Source: Staphylothermus marinus F1 (GTDB lineage: Archaea; Thermoproteota; Thermoprotei_A; Sulfolobales; Desulfurococcaceae). From it: a DNA stretch of 32,000 nt. The stretch covers positions 90,001 to 122,000 of the forward strand of contig NC_009033.1 in assembly GCF_000015945.1 (NCBI RefSeq), read 5' to 3'. The first letter of the stretch is position 1. Each line of letters begins with the position of its first letter. Positions 28,169 through 32,000 of this stretch are shown here, piece after piece. The notes beneath the pieces were generated by a model. The model worked only from the letters and a program-made list of their open reading frames with translations, was not told the DNA's origin and ran no database searches. The position numbers were made by a program, and so were the translations under genes.

Positions 28169-28909
28169 TTAATCACCAAGCCATTTATATCCTTCTCTAT
28201 CAATTTTCTCGACGAGCTCCTTTCCTCCTTTAGCAACTATTCTTCCCTTATAGAGGATAACGACTTTGTGTGGATCAATGTATTGAAGTACACGTGGATA
28301 ATGTGTAATCAATATAATGCTTGCACCGGTGGATAACATTTCTCTAATAACATCAGCAACTATTCTAACACCATCAACATCCAGCCCACTATCAGGTTCA
28401 TCCATTATAACATATTTAGGTCTCAAAATCTTAACTTGAAGAAGTTCGCTTCTTTTCTTTTCCCCACCGCTAAATCCGACATTTAAATCTCTTTCTAGAA
28501 GCTCCTCTTTTAAACCAATCATTCTAGCTTCTACGACAAGCTTCTTTCTAAGATCAAGAATTGGTTCTGTTAGGTCTGTTTTTCCCTTTTTCTTATTTAA
28601 TACGGCGGTTAGAAGAGATAATAAGTTGATTCCAGGGATTTCTATAGGGTTTTGGAAAACTAGGAATAATCCTTTATTAGCTCTTTCATCAGGTGTTTTA
28701 TTAGTGATATCTTCTCCTTCTAAGAATATTTTTCCCTTCACAACCTTATAGTTTGGATGACCCATTATGGTATAGGCTAGGCTAGTTTTACCGCTACCAT
28801 TAGGTCCCATTATAACTGTTAATTTGCCCTTTTCAACTCTTAAATTAATGTCTCGCAGTACTGGTTTACTGTCTACGTTAACAGATAGATCGATTATTTC
28901 AAGCGTCAA
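28169..28909 (-). CDS. sufC: Fe-S cluster assembly ATPase SufC
   Basis: Walker A GPNGSGKTS, signature FSGGEKKR, Walker B VIMDEPDSGLD and H-loop ITHY. TTG start with AGGTGATG 6 nt upstream. Confidence 0.9.
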   Translation of the reverse strand: MTLEIIDLSVNVDSKPVLRDINLRVEKGKLTVIMGPNGSGKTSLAYTIMGHPNYKVVKGKIFLEGEDITNKTPDERANKGLFLVFQNPIEIPGINLLSLLTAVLNKKKGKTDLTEPILDLRKKLVVEARMIGLKEELLERDLNVGFSGGEKKRSELLQVKILRPKYVIMDEPDSGLDVDGVRIVADVIREMLSTGASIILITHYPRVLQYIDPHKVVILYKGRIVAKGGKELVEKIDREGYKWLGD

Positions 28910-29114
28910 CTTGTCATCACCTTTTACTAAATCAAATTTTATAATAATCTATGTGGCTTATAAAGTTGTGGGATAGATTATTTTTGATTTCAAGTTTTAA
29001 TATGAACCATTCCCACATGTGGCGGGATTAAGTTTTAAGCACTTAATCTCGTTAATAAATAATATTATATTTATGAATTATCTAGTATTTTACCATATAT
29101 AGGGGTGGTACTCG

Positions 29115-32000
29115 TTGAAGAAAAGAGATTTCTTAGAATGGCTCAGAAGTGTTGAAGCTAAATGGCAAAGTAAATGGATGGAGAAAAAAATATTTGAACC
29201 CAGAATTGAACCTGATAAACCTAAATACTTTATCACAGTACCCTACCCGTATACTAATGCTCCCCTACACATAGGACATGGTAGAACATATACTATTGGA
29301 GACATTATTGCTCGTTATAAAAGACTGCGAGGCTATAACGTCTTATTCCCTATGGCATTTCATATAACGGGGACACCAATAATTGCTATATCCGAGAGAA
29401 TATCACGGGGAGAAGAAGAAATAATTAATCGCTATAAAAGCTATATAGCTAAGTATGTTAAGGATCCTGTGGAGATCGAGAAAATTATTGAATCCTTCAA
29501 AGATCCTTTAAATCTTGCAGTATTCTTTGCTGAAAGAGTACATATGGATTTTGATGCTTTAGGATACAGTATTGATTGGCGTAGAAGATTTCACACTGGA
29601 GAACCAATATATAATGCTTTTGTTACTTGGCAATTCCTCAAGCTCCGGGAGAAAGGCCTCATAAAACGTGGAGACCACGTGGTAACTTATTGTTTACTGC
29701 ATAAACAGCCTGAAGGAGAAGATGATATACAGGATGCCGATGTTAATCCTGTAGAGATTCTAGAGTTTACAGCGATAAAATTCAAGTTACTCGGCGAAGA
29801 AAATACGTATTTAGTAGCAGCCACTCTTAGGCCCGAAACATTATTTGGTGCCACTAATTTATGGGTAAAACCTGATGCTGACTATGTAGTTGTTGAATGG
29901 CGCGGAGAAAATATAATTGTTTCAAAAGAAGCTCTTGTTAAGCTTCAACACCAACATCCACTAGATGAATTCAAAGTAGTTGGGGAGATGAAGGGAAGAG
30001 AACTTGTTGGGAAAAAAGTAGTTAGTCCATTAGGTAATGAATTAATAGTTCTACCAGCAGATTTCGTTGATCCAGATAATGCTACGGGTATAGTTTATAG
30101 TGAGCCAAGCGATGCTCCATATGACTATGTTGCTTTAATGGAGCTTAAGAAGAATTCTGAAAAACTAGCTATGTACGGGGTTGATCCAGAGGTTGTTAAG
30201 AAGATAGAGCCTATCAAAATTATTGATGTACCGGGTATAAAGGGTCATCATGCAGGGATTGTTGTTGAAGAAATGGGTATATCTAGCCAGTTTGATCCAA
30301 GACTTGTTGAGGCAACAAAAATAGTATATAGGGAACAATACTATAAAGGAGTAATGATCGTAGATGATCCAGAATTTAAAGGACTAAGTGTTAGCGAAGC
30401 AAAGGAAAAAATAAAGAAGAAACTGCTTAGGGAAAACAAGGGATTCGTTTTCTACGAGTTAAACCGTAAAGCCTATTGTAGAGCGGGAGGAAAGATTATT
30501 GCTGCAAAAATAATTGGACAATGGTTTATAGACTATAGTGTTCCTTGGTGGAAAGAAGAAGCGAAAAAATATGTATCTGAAAAAATGCGGATTATTCCGG
30601 TGAAATACAAGAAGGCGATGCTTGATGCTATTGATTGGCTTGAGAGAAGACCATGTGCTAGAAAAAGAGGGCTTGGAACAAGGCTTCCATTTGATCCAGA
30701 ATGGGTTATTGAAAGCTTAAGCGATTCAACCATATATATGGCATTCTATACTATAGCACATCTAATCAGAAAGCATAATATCAAACCTGAACAACTTAAA
30801 CCTCAAGTATTCGACTATGTCTTCCTAGGAAAAGGCGATCCAGAGGAGATATCTGAAGATACAGGAATACCTTTGAAAGCATTAGAAGAGATGAGACAAG
30901 AATTTAATTATTGGTATCCAGTGGATCAGAGACATACAGGCATAGCCCACATAAGTAATCATTTATCATTCTTCATATATCACCACATAGCAATATTTCC
31001 TAGAAAACACTGGCCTAAAATGATCACCTTAAACGAAATGGTTATACGAGAAGGAACCAAAATGAGCAAGAGTAAGGGAAACGTTATACTATTAAGAGAT
31101 ATTGCTGAGAAATACTCGGCGGATCTGTTCAGACTATATATTGCTGGAGCAGCAAATCTAGATACTGTGCTTGATTGGCGTGAAAAGGAAGTAGAGCGTG
31201 TAATTGATTCTTTGAAAAAGTTTACTGCAATAGCTGAAAAAGCTATTAGAACAAAATGCGGAACATATAGTCATGATAAATACATCGATAAATGGTTCTT
31301 ATCCAAGTTCAATCGATTACTTGCCGAAGCAACAAATGCTCTTGATAACATGGAGATAAGAGACTACGTACAGAAAATGTTCTATGATGTAATGGTATCA
31401 ATAGATCATTATCGTGAGAGAACAAGTAATGAAGAAACAATATGTATGATTAAAAGAATACTTAGCAAATGGCTAAAATCTCTTAACCCCGTAATACCTC
31501 ATCTAACCGAGGAAATATGGAGCTGGATGGGTAAAGAAGAGTTCTTATCCTTAGAGAAATGGCCGGAAATAGATTATAAAGCGATCAATGAAGAAGTAGA
31601 ATACCTAGAGGAAGCGATTGAAGCATTAATTGAAGATATCAAGAACGTATTGAACATATTATCTCCTAAACCAAAACATGCCTACATAGTAGTAGCGTCT
31701 CCTTGGAAAAGAGAAGTCATAGAAATGATTGAGAAAGGCATGGATAGAAGAGAAATAATAAGAACTATACGAGACAAATATGGATTAAAGGGTAGAGAGA
31801 AAGAAATAGTTTATGTAATACAAGAATGTTCCAGAACACCTTGTAAAAGAGCTTTAAAGATAGATCCGATACATGAATATGAAGCATATAATGAAGCAAG
31901 ACAATATATAGCTAAAAAGACAGGATTACACATAGAGGTTTACTGGGAAGAAGAAGCTAAGGCGAAAAACATTCCTAAAGCAGAAAAAACACTACCGCTT
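29115..32000 (+). CDS. leuS: leucyl-tRNA synthetase, archaeal type (3' end beyond the window)
   Basis: Not in the ORF track because no stop codon is reached. The open frame runs from TTG 29115, the first start after in-frame TAG 29100-29102, with GGGGTG upstream. HIGH motif HIGH at 29268-29279 (PYPYTNAPLHIGHGRTY) and KMSKS at 31059-31073 (KMSKSKGN). 962 codons are present. Confidence 0.9.
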   Translation, partial: MKKRDFLEWLRSVEAKWQSKWMEKKIFEPRIEPDKPKYFITVPYPYTNAPLHIGHGRTYTIGDIIARYKRLRGYNVLFPMAFHITGTPIIAISERISRGEEEIINRYKSYIAKYVKDPVEIEKIIESFKDPLNLAVFFAERVHMDFDALGYSIDWRRRFHTGEPIYNAFVTWQFLKLREKGLIKRGDHVVTYCLLHKQPEGEDDIQDADVNPVEILEFTAIKFKLLGEENTYLVAATLRPETLFGATNLWVKPDADYVVVEWRGENIIVSKEALVKLQHQHPLDEFKVVGEMKGRELVGKKVVSPLGNELIVLPADFVDPDNATGIVYSEPSDAPYDYVALMELKKNSEKLAMYGVDPEVVKKIEPIKIIDVPGIKGHHAGIVVEEMGISSQFDPRLVEATKIVYREQYYKGVMIVDDPEFKGLSVSEAKEKIKKKLLRENKGFVFYELNRKAYCRAGGKIIAAKIIGQWFIDYSVPWWKEEAKKYVSEKMRIIPVKYKKAMLDAIDWLERRPCARKRGLGTRLPFDPEWVIESLSDSTIYMAFYTIAHLIRKHNIKPEQLKPQVFDYVFLGKGDPEEISEDTGIPLKALEEMRQEFNYWYPVDQRHTGIAHISNHLSFFIYHHIAIFPRKHWPKMITLNEMVIREGTKMSKSKGNVILLRDIAEKYSADLFRLYIAGAANLDTVLDWREKEVERVIDSLKKFTAIAEKAIRTKCGTYSHDKYIDKWFLSKFNRLLAEATNALDNMEIRDYVQKMFYDVMVSIDHYRERTSNEETICMIKRILSKWLKSLNPVIPHLTEEIWSWMGKEEFLSLEKWPEIDYKAINEEVEYLEEAIEALIEDIKNVLNILSPKPKHAYIVVASPWKREVIEMIEKGMDRREIIRTIRDKYGLKGREKEIVYVIQECSRTPCKRALKIDPIHEYEAYNEARQYIAKKTGLHIEVYWEEEAKAKNIPKAEKTLPL

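Noticed and set aside
1-32000. CRISPR arrays, IS elements, integrases, rRNA or tRNA genes
   Set aside because: I saw no regularly spaced direct repeats, terminal inverted repeats with a transposase, or rRNA/tRNA-like conserved blocks on either strand. Repeats found are short promoter-proximal palindromes only.

Overview
AT-rich archaeal chromosome segment of roughly one-third G+C. Class I LysRS, archaeal-type LeuRS, stand-alone TrpB2, box-A/TATA promoters and GGTGA-type Shine-Dalgarno sites all point to a hyperthermophilic crenarchaeon. A Desulfurococcales-like organism (Staphylothermus/Ignisphaera-like) is an inference only. Most of the window is housekeeping: thioredoxin-like protein, thrC, GH130-like glycosidase, trpB2, aspartate-type aminotransferase, DUF1028, nitroreductase, class I lysS, a CUT1 sugar ABC transporter operon, DPM-synthase-like GT2, an ABC-2 exporter pair, sufCBD and leuS (3'-truncated by the window edge). 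No rRNA, tRNA, CRISPR array, transposase or integrase was found. Three loci are not explained by ordinary annotation. (1) A same-strand cassette at 1915-5924 holds a 1039-aa YprA/MrfA/Hel112-like SF2 helicase with a Cys-poor DUF1998-like region and a long unknown C-terminus, then a terminator hairpin, a TATA box, a ~150-nt 62% G+C structured RNA element and a 165-aa orphan ORF. (2) A three-gene cassette at 11253-13068 combines a FitA/VapB-like RHH N-domain protein, a class II (Ntn, N-terminal Cys) glutamine-amidotransferase-like hydrolase and a 140-aa helical protein. It sits behind an array of GTATTAC/GTAATAC repeats and is divergent from a second Ntn-fold gene (DUF1028). (3) A 5-codon uORF (MQRQW) with its own SD has a Trp codon overlapping the trpB2 start codon. 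All functional calls rest on motif recognition by eye; no searches were run.
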